A stretch of DNA of 64,000 bases from Candidatus Latescibacterota bacterium (GCA_965248435.1 OZ252100.1:1568001-1632000); one strand, 5' to 3'. Positions 20,001 through 29,831 are shown, counted from the first letter of the stretch. Translations and numbers: made by a program. Notes: generated by a model from the sequence alone, not told the origin.

Positions 20001-21195
20001 CAGGTCCGTCCCCGGCACGATAATCCACCCGGTCGAACAGTGCGCCCGAGGACCGCGTCAACAGGACCGAAAGCGTGTTGCTTGCGTGGTTTGCGGCGAT
20101 CAGGTCCGCCAGGCCGTCTCCATCCAGATCTGCTGAGGAAAGCCCGCGGGGGTCCGGCCCGGTGATGAGAAAGTTCACCGAATCCAGCCCGGTCTGTTTC
20201 AGGCGCTGCACGGCCGCGGTGGTCAGCCCCCGCATCCCCGCGTAGACGACATTCGGGCTGTCGGGATGGACGGCAACGGCATCGACTTCGACGGTGGGTA
20301 TATTCCTCGTCAGGTCAAACCACGTGATCCCGTTGTCGCTCGACTTGAAGACCTCACCCATGTCCGTGCCCGCATACAGGATCGAAGGGCTGCCCGGCGC
20401 GAGCCCCAGGCTGGTCATCCCGAGAGACGCCAGCCCGTTGTTGGCCGCAGACCAGGTGTTCCCACGATCTGTGCTCCGGAAGACACCGGCGTCGGTCGTC
20501 GCCGCATAGACCAGATCCGGGTTCAGCGGATTAACGACGACCTCTATGATCCGCAGACTGCCCAAACCGGTGTTGATCTGAAGCCAGGTTGTGCCCCCGT
20601 CATACGTCCTGAAGACGCCCACCGTGTCGGTCCCGACGTAAACGGTGTCGGGACCCAGGGGATTGATCGCCAGGGCCGACACGTTCACCGTATCCAGCCC
20701 CGCTTTCGCCCAGGTTGTCCCTCCGTCAAGGCTCACAACAACGCTGTCCAGAGAACCTGCGAAGACCCGGCTGGTGTCATCCGGATCGACCACGATGGCG
20801 TCCACGCGCACCCCACCCAACCCCGTCGCCACCCAGGTCGCGCCTCCATCCACACTCTTGAACACACCCCTGCTCAGCGTGCCCGCGTAGTTGACCTGTG
20901 CGCTCCTGGCGTTCACGGCGATGCTCAGTACCGTATCGACGAACGTCTGAGCCCAGGTGCTCCCCCGGTTCAGGCTGCGGAACACACCGGAATTCGTCCC
21001 GGCGAAATCGAACGCTCCGGCCAGCAGCGTATCGGGGGCCAGCGGGAGGACCTCGATGTCCAGTACACCCGTGAATCCCGTCGGGCCGTTGGAGAACCAG
21101 ACATTGGTGGTATCCGTCTGCGCCGCCCCTTTCCCGGGCCACAGCGCACCGACGAGCGCCAACGCGATCAGGAGCGACCTTGTCCGCTCAGTCAT
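17092..21195 (-). CDS. Large secreted multidomain protein: BNR/VPS10-like propeller, FG-GAP/VCBS repeats, Fn3, cohesin-like, dockerin-like, T9SS-type/FlgD-Ig CTD
   Basis: SxDGGxTW repeats; DLDGDGxxDL repeats; GDANDDNRADLADF..DFNGDGVVTLADF; QNLPNPFNPATTI..VASGVYLYR. Confidence 0.85.
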   Translation of the reverse strand: MTERTRSLLIALALVGALWPGKGAAQTDTTNVWFSNGPTGFTGVLDIEVLPLAPDTLLAGAFDFAGTNSGVFRSLNRGSTWAQTFVDTVLSIAVNARSAQVNYAGTLSRGVFKSVDGGATWVATGLGGVRVDAIVVDPDDTSRVFAGSLDSVVVSLDGGTTWAKAGLDTVNVSALAINPLGPDTVYVGTDTVGVFRTYDGGTTWLQINTGLGSLRIIEVVVNPLNPDLVYAATTDAGVFRSTDRGNTWSAANNGLASLGMTSLGLAPGSPSILYAGTDMGEVFKSSDNGITWFDLTRNIPTVEVDAVAVHPDSPNVVYAGMRGLTTAAVQRLKQTGLDSVNFLITGPDPRGLSSADLDGDGLADLIAANHASNTLSVLLTRSSGALFDRVDYRAGDGPVDVAVTDLDLDGDLDLVSANRIKETISILFNDSTGVFSLPVDLFVGGPAAHLALADFDSDQDVDIVVSDEAAGRLHIFLNDGMGSFEAPDLLQVGSSHDALEAGDFTGNGLIDLLVLSRMEGTFRLLINQGNATFSQQTPVTPGSTPVHLAPEDFDRDGDRDVAVAMENSQVSLYLNDGSGAFSLSNSYAVGDTAAALEAADIDHDRYADLLVPRGDGNVTVLVNDGNGAFPTSFSLGDVQGAGASVSADVNADGKPDVAVLDPDGNGLTLFANNVDTLIKLPAPPLKMEAEDLQGDLGGNVNLTWRRPRVDEETGRIVSYRVFRASAQSGPYSEIVRFDTSAAQTKDSTFVFRSFIDSSATVNQAFYYYAVSENVAEVASASSDTASASSGAQPFFDFVYTENSPYHIQDTIVTTVRLNPVGHDVQSLSIFMDYDSLAFTLLDGDSGTSGLQPFAVDSTLASSAKVLQNGLDNGVAGQINFGLGFLPVLADEPVPIGNLTFVALKDTLTQIQVVSDTASVRQTVLTARSDGALILPYIPPPSTLILRNHKVPGSVSFQGRTDGLDLDIRFDLTLTDSLGTPLPDSVAYAPPNDLDLNENGVQTILAPDGGFTLLQVASGSYGLFAKTFHYLRARVSGDSVVVNDSLGVSSPVSFRWVSADSSIVSTELRAGDANDDNRADLADFGILAANFGASGFDVGSVAWGADFNGDGVVTLADFALLQSNFGEQGLGPAVPAKPVVTGTRVAISWAQPLVGELKIKGAQATVGFSADLVAPSGAGLTRSGMQSGDFLVVDGRPLFLVREMAGEGEVRFRVAAVLSGRQAGLSGNGHLLSFKISDRAFKDRIRLENVQVLNATGHVAYVAGYELPFRNASDLPDRPSLMQNLPNPFNPATTIPFNVSEVARVELIVYNTLGQEVRRLVREVLPPGYHQATWDGRDELGRYVASGVYLYRVAIGRFVDVKKAVLLK

Positions 21196-23492
21196 CGGTC
21201 CCTCTGATCTGCCATCTTGGTGGCGGTGTAATCGGACCCGAACAGCTTCGCGAACGCGAGGAAATCAAGGAAGCCGATCTCCCCGTCTTTGTCCAGATCC
21301 GATTTCTCATCGTAGAGCGTTTCTCCCGCCCGGCTCTCGAATGCAGACGTGAATCCCACAAAGTCCAGAAAGTCCACTTTACGATCCCCGTTCAGATCCC
21401 CGGGATCATCGGCGAGTTCTGCCGTCATAAAACTTTGAATGTCGGAATTACCTAGATTGCCGGCAGCGTCTGCAAAGGCGACGCGGTAGAAATAGAGGGT
21501 CTCTGGCGCCAGACCAATCTGTGTGATCGAATGTATTTTCTTAGATCCGGAGAGCGTCGCCTCCCCGAACGCAGCGGAGTCGGATAGGTCAGCCAAAAGT
21601 CCAACTCGCACGCGGCTGTCCGTGTCTTCGCTCGTCGTTCAGCCGATGGAAGCCGACGTTGCGGTGATGGCCGAAACCGAGGGGTTGGTCACGATTTCAG
21701 GAGAGGTCACATCGGGCGTGGTCGTGAATCGACGGGTCGGGCCGCTTGTCCTCGCCCCGGCCAAATCCTGGGAGACGATCTGCCAGTAGAAGGTCTCATC
21801 GTGTGGAAGACCTGGCAGCGTATGCTGACCCACAGTGAGGCCCTGAGTGTTTACCTGAAGCGTGGTCGGGCTGGCTCCAAACCGGAACTCGAAGGTGAGC
21901 GTATCGTTCAGATCCGGATCGCTCCCGATCCACGTAAACGTCAAAGGTGTAGAGACCAGCACGCTGTCGGCAGGTCCCGTATAGACCGGTGCAGCGGGGG
22001 GGTCGTTTACCTGCCTCACCTCCAGAACCACGACGGCGGAGTCGGAGGCGCCGCCAGGATCGGTCACCGTCGCATCGATCCGATAGACGCCCGAACCGCC
22101 GGCTGGCGGTGTGAGGATCACCACTGCGCCCGCGTTCGAGATCGGCGGAGTCACTGTCACCTGGACGAGACTGTCCGGGTCCTGGAATGCCCAGATCAAT
22201 GCATCGACCGGTGACTCCAGGTCTGTGGCCTGCGGCCTCAACGCAACCGCCGCAGACAGGTCTTCGTCTGTCTTCAGAATCGGAAACGGTTTGATTTCGG
22301 GCGGCGTGTTTCCCAGACCAATGGCGTTCCCTCTGGCCAGGGTCAACGTGGCCGACGCGGAAGTGATGTATTGGCTGTTGTGCAGTGGAACCTCGTTTAG
22401 CGCGCGCAGCAGCGTGTTCGTGGACAAAGGCTGAAGAATTGCAAAATCGAGTTGTGCCAGGGGCCCTTCGGCGGTTACGGAACCCTGAAACAGGACCGAA
22501 AAGTGGACGATGCCGCTCCCCGGATTCGTCCCATCCAGGATCCGGTTGACCACGATGATCGCGTTATCGGTAAAGCCCGTGCGAACCATCGGGGAGTCCG
22601 GCACGCTGGGCGCGAACACAAGATCATCATACCCGAAATAGACCTCCACACCATCAATCGTATCTCCGTTCGGATTCAGGTCCAACCTCACTGAAACCGT
22701 GTCCCCGGCGTTGGGAAAGGCCAACGAATCCAGCAGAACCAGCGAAAGGCCTGCGGCCCCGATCTGGTTCGGCGTCTCCAGTGCCTCGAGCACGACGGAG
22801 ACGAGCCCGCTTTCGAAGTCGTTACTCTCCACTTTCAATGTATCGGTCCTGGCGTCTGTCCCTTCAGGGGTATAAATCAGATCCAATTCTAGGGTCTCGG
22901 ACGGGCCCAGGCTCAAGCTGTCGCTGCTGACTTGAAACCGTGTGTCGCTCAAGGTTAGACTCGAAACACGAAGCGTGTCGCTCCCCACGTTCGCAATCTC
23001 TACCTTCTGGGTATCCGCCGCCCCGACCTGAGAACTCACGAAGGTCAGCTTCAGAGGGATCACCTCGATGTCCGGTCCCAATCCGGTCCCCTGGATCGAA
23101 ACCAGAGGTCTGGGCAAGGATGGATCTTCAAGCTCCAGATTCGTTTCGAACAGCAGTGCGTCGGTCAAAATCCCGGTCGCGATCGGCGCGAACGAAACGA
23201 GTAGGTCAACGCTGTCTCCCGGGGCCAGAGTAAATGACGTGTCTGCTACGCTGAAAACTGATTCCGACCCCGCCGCCATTTCGACGGCCGAGATCACAAG
23301 GCTTTCTGTCCCGGGATTAGAGATGTTCAGTTCCGCCTCTGCGGAGTCCCCTTGAGCCACCCCCTGAAAGTCCAGGCGCTCCGGCTGAAAGAGAATGCCC
23401 GGATCGCCCTGGGCCTTCAGCGGCCCCAGGACCAGCAGGGGCAGCATCAACCAGATGGCAGTGCCGCTTCCATTCCTCGATCCTGTTCCCAT
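21192..23492 (-). pseudogene. Secreted Ig(ASH/choice-of-anchor)-cohesin-cadherin-Fn3-dockerin protein interrupted by an in-frame TGA at 21639-21641
   Basis: ORFs 21639.. and 21192..21611 share a frame: SASIG*TTSEDTDSRV (Fn3 Trp position); ATG 23492 with SD GGAG and signal peptide. Confidence 0.75.
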
Positions 23493-23506
23493 GTAGCTCC
23501 AACCAC

Positions 23507-25306
23507 CTACTCCCATTCGATAGTACCGGGTGGTTTGTGAGTGACATCGTAAAACACCGCATCGACGCCGCCCGTATTCACGATTTCTTCGGCGAGCCCG
23601 GCCAGCAGGTCCAACGGAAGCTCTGAAAAACGGGCCGTCATGAAATCCGGAGTCTGTACGGGCCTGAGCACGATCGTCTCGCGCGCTCCGCCAGATGTGA
23701 GGGGTATCAGCACCGTCGGCATCTGCGAGACCTCTCTCATCTGCCCCCACGCCACCAGCGCCTTCATGGAAATCGCATCCACCTCCCGCAGGAGGTCCAG
23801 CCTCGCACGTGTGAGAAAGGCGCGCTTCGGCCTCAGATTTGGAGGCCCTCCGGGCGAGAGCAGGTAGACGAGTCGGTTGATCGACCTGACTTGATTTGTG
23901 ATTCGCGTGGAAACCGCTTCGAGCGCCTTCCAGTCCGCTTCTCCCCAAACGGCAGCCGGGTAAGCGTAAGTCCGAAAGTCTCCCTGCACACCCACGCTCT
24001 GGATCGGCAGCATCTTCAGGTCCAACCCGGCCTCCGCCGCCATGCCCCTGGCGGTCTCTTCTGCTTCGGAGAGATCCTCCTGTGGAGGCTCGCCGGTAGA
24101 ACAGAGGCACCGCACCGCCAGTCCTGGACCGGGAAACGGGTGACGCCAGACGAGCGGCTCCGGGAGACCGAGCTGAAGGCCCAATTCTCTGACCTCATCT
24201 TTGTAGAGCTGGGCAAGGGGCTCGATCACCCGTCCCGTTGCGATCAGTTCATCAATCAAATCGATTCTGTTATGGTGCGTCTTGATCCGTGCTGCGTGGT
24301 CTGTCCCACCCGATTCGATCGTATCGGGGTAAAGTGTCCCCTGTCCGAGGATCCACTGTTCCGGGTCCAGATCCATTCGCGTGAGGACCCGATCTTTGAC
24401 TTCAAGAAACGTTCGACCGATGGCCAGTCGTTTTTCCTCGGGGTCCACAAGCCCTTCCACGCTCAACAGAAAGTCGTCGACGGCGTCCTCCACGACGAGA
24501 TTGTCGAACCCTTCCTCGGTCAGGAAGTCCTTAACGGCCGCCGTCTCTTCTTTTCGCATGAATCCATTGTCGATGTGCAACCCAAGAACGCGGTCTGCCC
24601 CTAGGGCCCGGTTGAAAAGAAGGAACGAGACCGTTGAATCCACGCCGCCCGAGACGAGCAGGAAGACGTTACGGTCGCCCACCTTTTCCCGAATTTCCCG
24701 AACCGCGGTCTCCGCGTAGCTGGCCATGGTCCAGGTGCGAGGGGCGTCGCAGATCTTCAGAAAATTGTTCAGGATCTCCATGCCCTGCGGCGTATGCGTC
24801 ACCTCTGGATGAAACTGCAGGCCATAGATGTGTCGATCCGGATCGCCGACAGCCGCAGTCGGACAAGCGCTGGTCTCGCCCAGCACCCGAAACCCTTCAG
24901 GGAGGCGATCCACCACGTCTCCGTGACTCATCCAGACCACTTGAGATTCACCCAGGCCTTCCAGCAGCCCGGTACCGGATCGAATCCGGAGTTCCGCGGA
25001 GCCGTATTCCCGAATCTCACCCGGAGAAACCTCGCCGCCCAGCGTCTGACAGATCAGCTGGTGGCCGTAGCACAACCCCAGGATGGGCAGTCCCGAAACC
25101 AGGTTATCCGGATTGTAGTCAGGCTGGTCTGAATCGTAGACGCTGGCGGGACCGCCTGAGAAGATGAGCCCACGGGCCCCCTGAAGCTCGGAAGGATCGA
25201 CGGTAGGATGAAAGATTTCGGCGTAGACCTGGAGCCTTCTAATCCGGTTTGCGATCAGGTGGGCGTACTGCCCCCCGAAATCGAGGACGGCTATGCCGCT
25301 TCGCAT
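23507..25306 (-). CDS. guaA: GMP synthase (glutamine-hydrolysing)
   Basis: LDFGGQY, GLCYG, QFHPEV, SGGVDS, IKTHHN, HPFPGPGL, KPPGTIEWE. Confidence 0.97.
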   Translation of the reverse strand: MRSGIAVLDFGGQYAHLIANRIRRLQVYAEIFHPTVDPSELQGARGLIFSGGPASVYDSDQPDYNPDNLVSGLPILGLCYGHQLICQTLGGEVSPGEIREYGSAELRIRSGTGLLEGLGESQVVWMSHGDVVDRLPEGFRVLGETSACPTAAVGDPDRHIYGLQFHPEVTHTPQGMEILNNFLKICDAPRTWTMASYAETAVREIREKVGDRNVFLLVSGGVDSTVSFLLFNRALGADRVLGLHIDNGFMRKEETAAVKDFLTEEGFDNLVVEDAVDDFLLSVEGLVDPEEKRLAIGRTFLEVKDRVLTRMDLDPEQWILGQGTLYPDTIESGGTDHAARIKTHHNRIDLIDELIATGRVIEPLAQLYKDEVRELGLQLGLPEPLVWRHPFPGPGLAVRCLCSTGEPPQEDLSEAEETARGMAAEAGLDLKMLPIQSVGVQGDFRTYAYPAAVWGEADWKALEAVSTRITNQVRSINRLVYLLSPGGPPNLRPKRAFLTRARLDLLREVDAISMKALVAWGQMREVSQMPTVLIPLTSGGARETIVLRPVQTPDFMTARFSELPLDLLAGLAEEIVNTGGVDAVFYDVTHKPPGTIEWE

Positions 25307-25410
25307 GCATGGACCTATAAAAAGAATCCAGGAGCCAGGATCCAGAACACAGCCAAACCTGTCTTCCGCGACCTGACCCCTGAATTACCACAGGCTAACC
25401 TGGTTTCCCC

Positions 25411-26757
25411 TTAGAATCCCTTGATATATCCCTTCAGAGACACGCCATACCGTGTAAAGCCGCCCATATCGGTAATCACATCGGCGCCGAATGTGTAGCG
25501 CGCATTAAACGGAAACCTCACGTTCAGATCCAGGTAGTTCTTCTCGACCTCCCGGTCCCACCTCCAGTCCAGACTTGCGATCACCGATCGCAGCGTCCCG
25601 TCCGGATTGGCGTTCATTCCGGCCGGGTTCAGCGTTTTCATAAAATAGGTCAATCCTGCGTTAATCTCGTCCAAATTCCCGAACCGCATCAACCCGGCCC
25701 GAATCGTAAACCGCTTGAACAGCGGAATCGATAACCCCACGCCAAACCCGAAGCCCCGCTTCGCGCTCTTTTCCAGCGACGACTCTGCGTCCATACGGAG
25801 GCTGTCCGTGATCGGAGCCCTGAACAACGAGTCAGCTTTGGTAACCTGCGTCGAATCGAGAGAACCGATGAACAGGCTGTCCGCGACCAGGTCGCCGCGG
25901 GCGCGAATCAACACCCTCGCCCCGGTGGTCAATGAACTGGAACCGCGGCCGCCTCGCCCGACAATCAGGGTGATCGCCGGCTCTCCAATCTCTCCATCGG
26001 GCGTCTTGCCATCTCCTAAGTAAGGCACCAGCGGACCGGGATAGTAGCGGGCACCGACGGCCAACAGCGAATTTCCACCCCGCCACACGTCAAGGAGCGC
26101 CGAAAGCCGGCGCGATCTGGGCATCACGAGTGAAAGCTGCATCTCCTGCTTGTCGTTAATGCCGGCCAGCTTCTGGTTGATGCCGGTCTGATCTGCCTGA
26201 CCCCTGAGCCCTGCGGAAATCAACTGATAGATCGAATCGGGCGTCGCAGTCCTTACACGGCTGCCGAGCCCGAATCGAAAGTCCGTGACCCACGACCCAA
26301 CGGCCCCGTCCGGGTTTTTCTCTGAGTGAACGGGCACCGTCATCATCGGCACACCCGCCACCGCATCCATCTGTCGCTCTACCCTCTCTTTGAGTTCCAT
26401 AGGCAGTGGACGGACGCGGATCAGACCCTCTCTCGCCTCGCTGTCCATCGCGCTAAGGTCTGTCTTTCGATCCAGGTCGACCACTTCGGCGGTCGAGAGC
26501 CTTGGAAACACCTGAACCACACGCACGGTGCCGAGTGGCACATCCCCACCAAGATCTTCACCGGTCACCGGGTGAATGATGGCCTCGTGGCGGAGGACCT
26601 GGAGGAAATCATCGGGATGCAGGTTGTCCTGCTCGCCCAGATCCACGAATACAAGCCGGCCCTGCACCTGAACCACATACCCCAGGTGTGTTTGAGAGGA
26701 AACCGCATCCGTGAACAAGAACGTGAGGAAGCAGGTCACCCCTAAAAAGCGCATCAT
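25411..26757 (-). CDS. Secreted protein with FlgT C-terminal-like domain and probable outer-membrane beta-barrel
   Basis: Signal peptide; VFVDLG..IIHPVTGEDLG; amphipathic strands; terminal Phe. Confidence 0.65.
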   Translation of the reverse strand: MMRFLGVTCFLTFLFTDAVSSQTHLGYVVQVQGRLVFVDLGEQDNLHPDDFLQVLRHEAIIHPVTGEDLGGDVPLGTVRVVQVFPRLSTAEVVDLDRKTDLSAMDSEAREGLIRVRPLPMELKERVERQMDAVAGVPMMTVPVHSEKNPDGAVGSWVTDFRFGLGSRVRTATPDSIYQLISAGLRGQADQTGINQKLAGINDKQEMQLSLVMPRSRRLSALLDVWRGGNSLLAVGARYYPGPLVPYLGDGKTPDGEIGEPAITLIVGRGGRGSSSLTTGARVLIRARGDLVADSLFIGSLDSTQVTKADSLFRAPITDSLRMDAESSLEKSAKRGFGFGVGLSIPLFKRFTIRAGLMRFGNLDEINAGLTYFMKTLNPAGMNANPDGTLRSVIASLDWRWDREVEKNYLDLNVRFPFNARYTFGADVITDMGGFTRYGVSLKGYIKGF

Positions 26758-26764
26758 CGATCGG

Positions 26765-27811
26765 TTACTTTTCTGCATCGGCTGCCTCGACCTCTTCGGG
26801 TTCAGGAATCTCTTCAGGCATCATCTCATCATCCACTTCGGCGAATTCTTCCTCCGCTTCATCTTCTTCGTCCGCCTCTGCAGGCGCTTTTCGTTTCATC
26901 ATCTTCAACACGAGGAGGACCGCAGCGCCGAGAGGACCCAGCAGCACGACCCACCAGTAAGCGATGTACCAGGGCGTCTCCTCCTCAGGAGGGGGCTCAT
27001 CTTCGAACAGACTCGGCACGGGATCCTCTCCAACCGAAGCTGTCCCGCCCTGGATACCAGATGCCAGCTGCTCTTCGATCAATCGATTCTCCTCGAAGGA
27101 GAGACGAAAACTCCGGTCTCCAACCATCAGGTAGATCTCTTCGTCCTCGGTCCGCCGAAGGACACCCAGTTCGTGCATGTCGGCCGGCATCATCGTCTCC
27201 ACCTCGGCCGTATCCCGTTCGATGAGCTCGGCCTGGTTGGTCTGGAACTCCTGCATACGGCCTTCCAGGCTCACCATCCGCTCTCGCATGTTGGTAACCG
27301 CGTTGATCACCGTCTTGAGTCGCCGTTCGGAACTCCCGATCCGCCTCAAGGTCCGCCGAAGGTCCGAAATCGCCTTCTGGTTCGACTTGATTTCGTCGGC
27401 CAGCCCGCGTGCCAGAACCTTGACCTCTGCACGGGCTTCCGCGATCTCATCCTTTATCTTCTCTTCAGGCGTCGGAATAAGCTCGAGCCCGACCACGACA
27501 TCGCCTACTTCCACTGGCGCATACCTGACGATGTAGCGCCCAGAGGCGAATGTCGGTCCCGTCTTCGTGATTTCGATCTCCGCGATCTTGACACTCGGCG
27601 CCCCCAGATTTTCTCCGGTGACGGGGTGGATGATCGGTTCGGCCTTCCGATAGACCTCTCCGACCATGCCCTCCTGGATCCCCCTGTCCGCACCCGCTCC
27701 GACGTAGACCGTCTTTCCTTCGACCTTGATCACGTTGAGCAGGTCGGCATTGACGATGCCGGGACTCAGCAGGATTCCCAGAGAGAGGGAGAGATAGAAG
27801 AAATGCTTCAT
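26765..27811 (-). CDS. FlgT C-terminal-like domain + coiled coil + TM + acidic tail protein
   Basis: Signal peptide; VYVGAG..IIHPVTGENLG; heptad region; WWVVLLGPLGAAVLLVL; E/D-rich C-terminus. Confidence 0.7.
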   Translation of the reverse strand: MKHFFYLSLSLGILLSPGIVNADLLNVIKVEGKTVYVGAGADRGIQEGMVGEVYRKAEPIIHPVTGENLGAPSVKIAEIEITKTGPTFASGRYIVRYAPVEVGDVVVGLELIPTPEEKIKDEIAEARAEVKVLARGLADEIKSNQKAISDLRRTLRRIGSSERRLKTVINAVTNMRERMVSLEGRMQEFQTNQAELIERDTAEVETMMPADMHELGVLRRTEDEEIYLMVGDRSFRLSFEENRLIEEQLASGIQGGTASVGEDPVPSLFEDEPPPEEETPWYIAYWWVVLLGPLGAAVLLVLKMMKRKAPAEADEEDEAEEEFAEVDDEMMPEEIPEPEEVEAADAEK

Positions 27812-28203
27812 CTTTTTCCTCGAATGACGGATTTCTCTAAAGATCTCAGGGTGGGGGAGATTGGTTCTACCTGCAAATGCCAGAGGGAGTGGGAATTTCC
27901 GTAGTGCCTGCCCTCAAGAAGCAAAAGAGAGGCCAGATCTACCCCGCCTCCCCAGCGCAACGGCTAAGCCGGTGTCAATACATAACGTAAGTCATTGTCT
28001 TCAAACAGAAATGAAGACCCAACTTATGGACGAGCGCGAACCTCTGATACAAAATGTAGTGGGGGCCCTCCAAAACGGCCGGCAGATTCAAACAACCCGG
28101 AATCGGACGCATCGCTGCCCCCTGGGGCCGCGCGAAGGACCGGATCGGGGGCCGGATCGGAATAATTTTCCCCTGATGAGCCCGACCTCCCCGATCGAGC
28201 AAC

Positions 28204-28410
28204 CTATCCGGGTGGCGTTTTTACGATCTCCCGAAGAAAATCCTCGGCCGAGAACTCGTTGCAACCCGTTGCCTCTATAAGAAGATCCAGGATCTCCCTC
28301 CGTTCCCGACGGTTGTAGATCAGGTCTTCGAAGACATCCTTGAATTTTCTGCGACCCAGAGTCGCTTCGATTTCCTTTGGCGTCATCCAGGGATTTGCTT
28401 CTTCAGACAT
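28204..28410 (-). CDS. Small hypothetical protein (68 aa)
   Basis: Strong SD GGAGG, protein-like composition, own promoter. Confidence 0.65.
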   Translation of the reverse strand: MSEEANPWMTPKEIEATLGRRKFKDVFEDLIYNRRERREILDLLIEATGCNEFSAEDFLREIVKTPPG

Positions 28411-28460
28411 CTCTCCCTCCTCCCAAAGAACTCGCTTAACCCGTTCAAAACCTTGAGTTA

Positions 28461-28489
28461 AAATTAACGGAATCCCAATTTGATGTCAA
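28461..28489 (-). promoter_or_regulatory. Putative sigma70 promoter
   Basis: TTGACA-N17-TAATTT upstream of the 68-aa ORF. Confidence 0.6.
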
Positions 28490-28772
28490 CGCGTCAGCTC
28501 ACGAACTCACGAATATAATCACACCCCGGGGCCCAAACAAGCCGGGCACCCCCGGATTCGAAGTATGCGTCGGTCATAATACGATCGTGATGAACTCTGA
28601 AATCCCCCTCAGTCCACCTTTTCCAAAGGGGGAAGAATGCGTCTCGTGATCGCCTCCCCCCTTTGTAAAGGTTCATCGTCAAATGTTGGGGGTTAAAGTA
28701 ATGTGCTCTAATTTTGAAACTCGCCGATTCGTGCACAGTCTTGGAACCCGCGAACTGTATCACTCAAGTCCG

Positions 28773-29012
28773 TCAGGGCCACGGTGTGCGACTCCCTTGC
28801 AACCAGGTCCTTTCACCTCCCACGCGGTTAGGCCCTCTGGGCCAGTCCCATAGTGGGCGTCAGGCGAGGCAGGAGTCCCGCCCTGATTGCCGACACCGTC
28901 TTTTCCACTGAGGGTGAGGTGCCGCGGCCGAAGCCTCCCCGGCGTTTGAGGGGCGCCTTTCTTTTGCCTACTTTTCTTGTGGCGAGACAAGAAAAGTAGG
29001 TCGCCGGAGGCA
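28773..29012 (-). mobile_element. Structured non-coding repeat element, copy 1 (240 bp)
   Basis: TCAGGGCC.CGGTGTGCGACTCC ... CCTACTTTTCTTGT-GGCGAG-ACAAGAAAAGTAGG.CGCCGGAGGCA; homologous to four other loci. Confidence 0.8.
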
Positions 29013-29100
29013 TGATGTTGTGAAGTTCGCGATATTACCCACCCCGACCCAGGAGGGGACTGGCGTCTCTCAAACTCGCAAAAGAGATCGTTCGAAGCCA

Positions 29101-29449
29101 TCAGGGCCGCGGTGTGCGACTCCCATGCAACCTCGTTCTTTCACCTCCCACGCGGTTAGGCCCTCTGGGCCGGTCCCACAGTGGACGTCAGGCGGTGCAG
29201 GAGTCCCGCCCTGATTGTCGCCATCGTCCTTTCCACTGAGGGTGAGGTGCCGCGGCCGAAGCCCCCGCGGCGTTTGAGCGGCGCCCTTCTTTTGTCCTCG
29301 GGCGCGGCACAACGCGCCCCTACAGCGAAATCTTGGAGTGTAGGGGCACAGCCGCGCTGTGCCCCAGGGTGGCGGTTGCGGTAGGCCTTTTCTTGGGCGA
29401 GCAAGAAAAGCATGCCCTGAGCCTGCCGAAGGGTAGGCTGCCGGAGGCA
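29101..29449 (-). mobile_element. Structured repeat element, copy 2 (349 bp), with nested GTAG-REP pair and 23-bp micro-element
   Basis: Tandem with copy 1; inserts at ~29300-29365 and 29411-29433. Confidence 0.8.
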
Positions 29450-29552
29450 TAGGTTGTAGGCGCAGAAAAACTGTATGCAATCACCGCGAATCATTTCGTC
29501 GCCAGGGGGAAGACAGGCTTCAGGCGGCGAATCGTCACCCTGATAATCGCCT

Positions 29553-29576
29553 TCGCCAGCAGGAGCTGGCTCCTAC
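29553..29576 (-). repeat. GTAG-type REP (GTAGGAGCCAGCTCCTGCTGGCGA)
   Basis: GTAG head plus imperfect palindrome. Confidence 0.65.
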
Positions 29577-29621
29577 CACATTTATTTTCTGATTCCGAAA
29601 ACACGCCCTTTTGCCTTTCAT

Positions 29622-29652
29622 TCCGCAATCCCAAATCCGCAATCCGCAATTG
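29622..29652 (+). repeat. Heptamer array TCCGCAATCCCAAATCCGCAATCCGCAATTG
   Basis: Identical 31-mers at 34892-34922 and 47821-47851. Confidence 0.85.
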
Positions 29653-29831
29653 TACGGCCGCAGGAGGCACGGGGTTGTTGGATGGGGTAAGTGCTTTAGG
29701 AATTCACCTCGCGGTCCAATGCATGGCATCATCCGAATTCGGAGAAGAGCCACGAAGGAGATGCATCTACCCATACTCCGGCGTCCGGAAGTGATTGAAA
29801 AACATCATAAAGATGTGTACACTGACCTCGG

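Noticed and set aside
21639-21641. Selenocysteine or genome-wide UGA=Trp recoding
   Set aside because: The position corresponds to Trp rather than Cys, no evident SECIS follows, and many intact genes here terminate at TGA
23493-24110. N-terminal 206 aa of ORF 21639..24110
   Set aside because: Overlaps guaA in another frame; the real start is ATG 23492 with SD and signal peptide
28773-29660. CRISPR array or intact IS in the repeat-dense island
   Set aside because: No constant-length repeat/spacer series, no cas gene, no transposase ORF and no terminal inverted repeats
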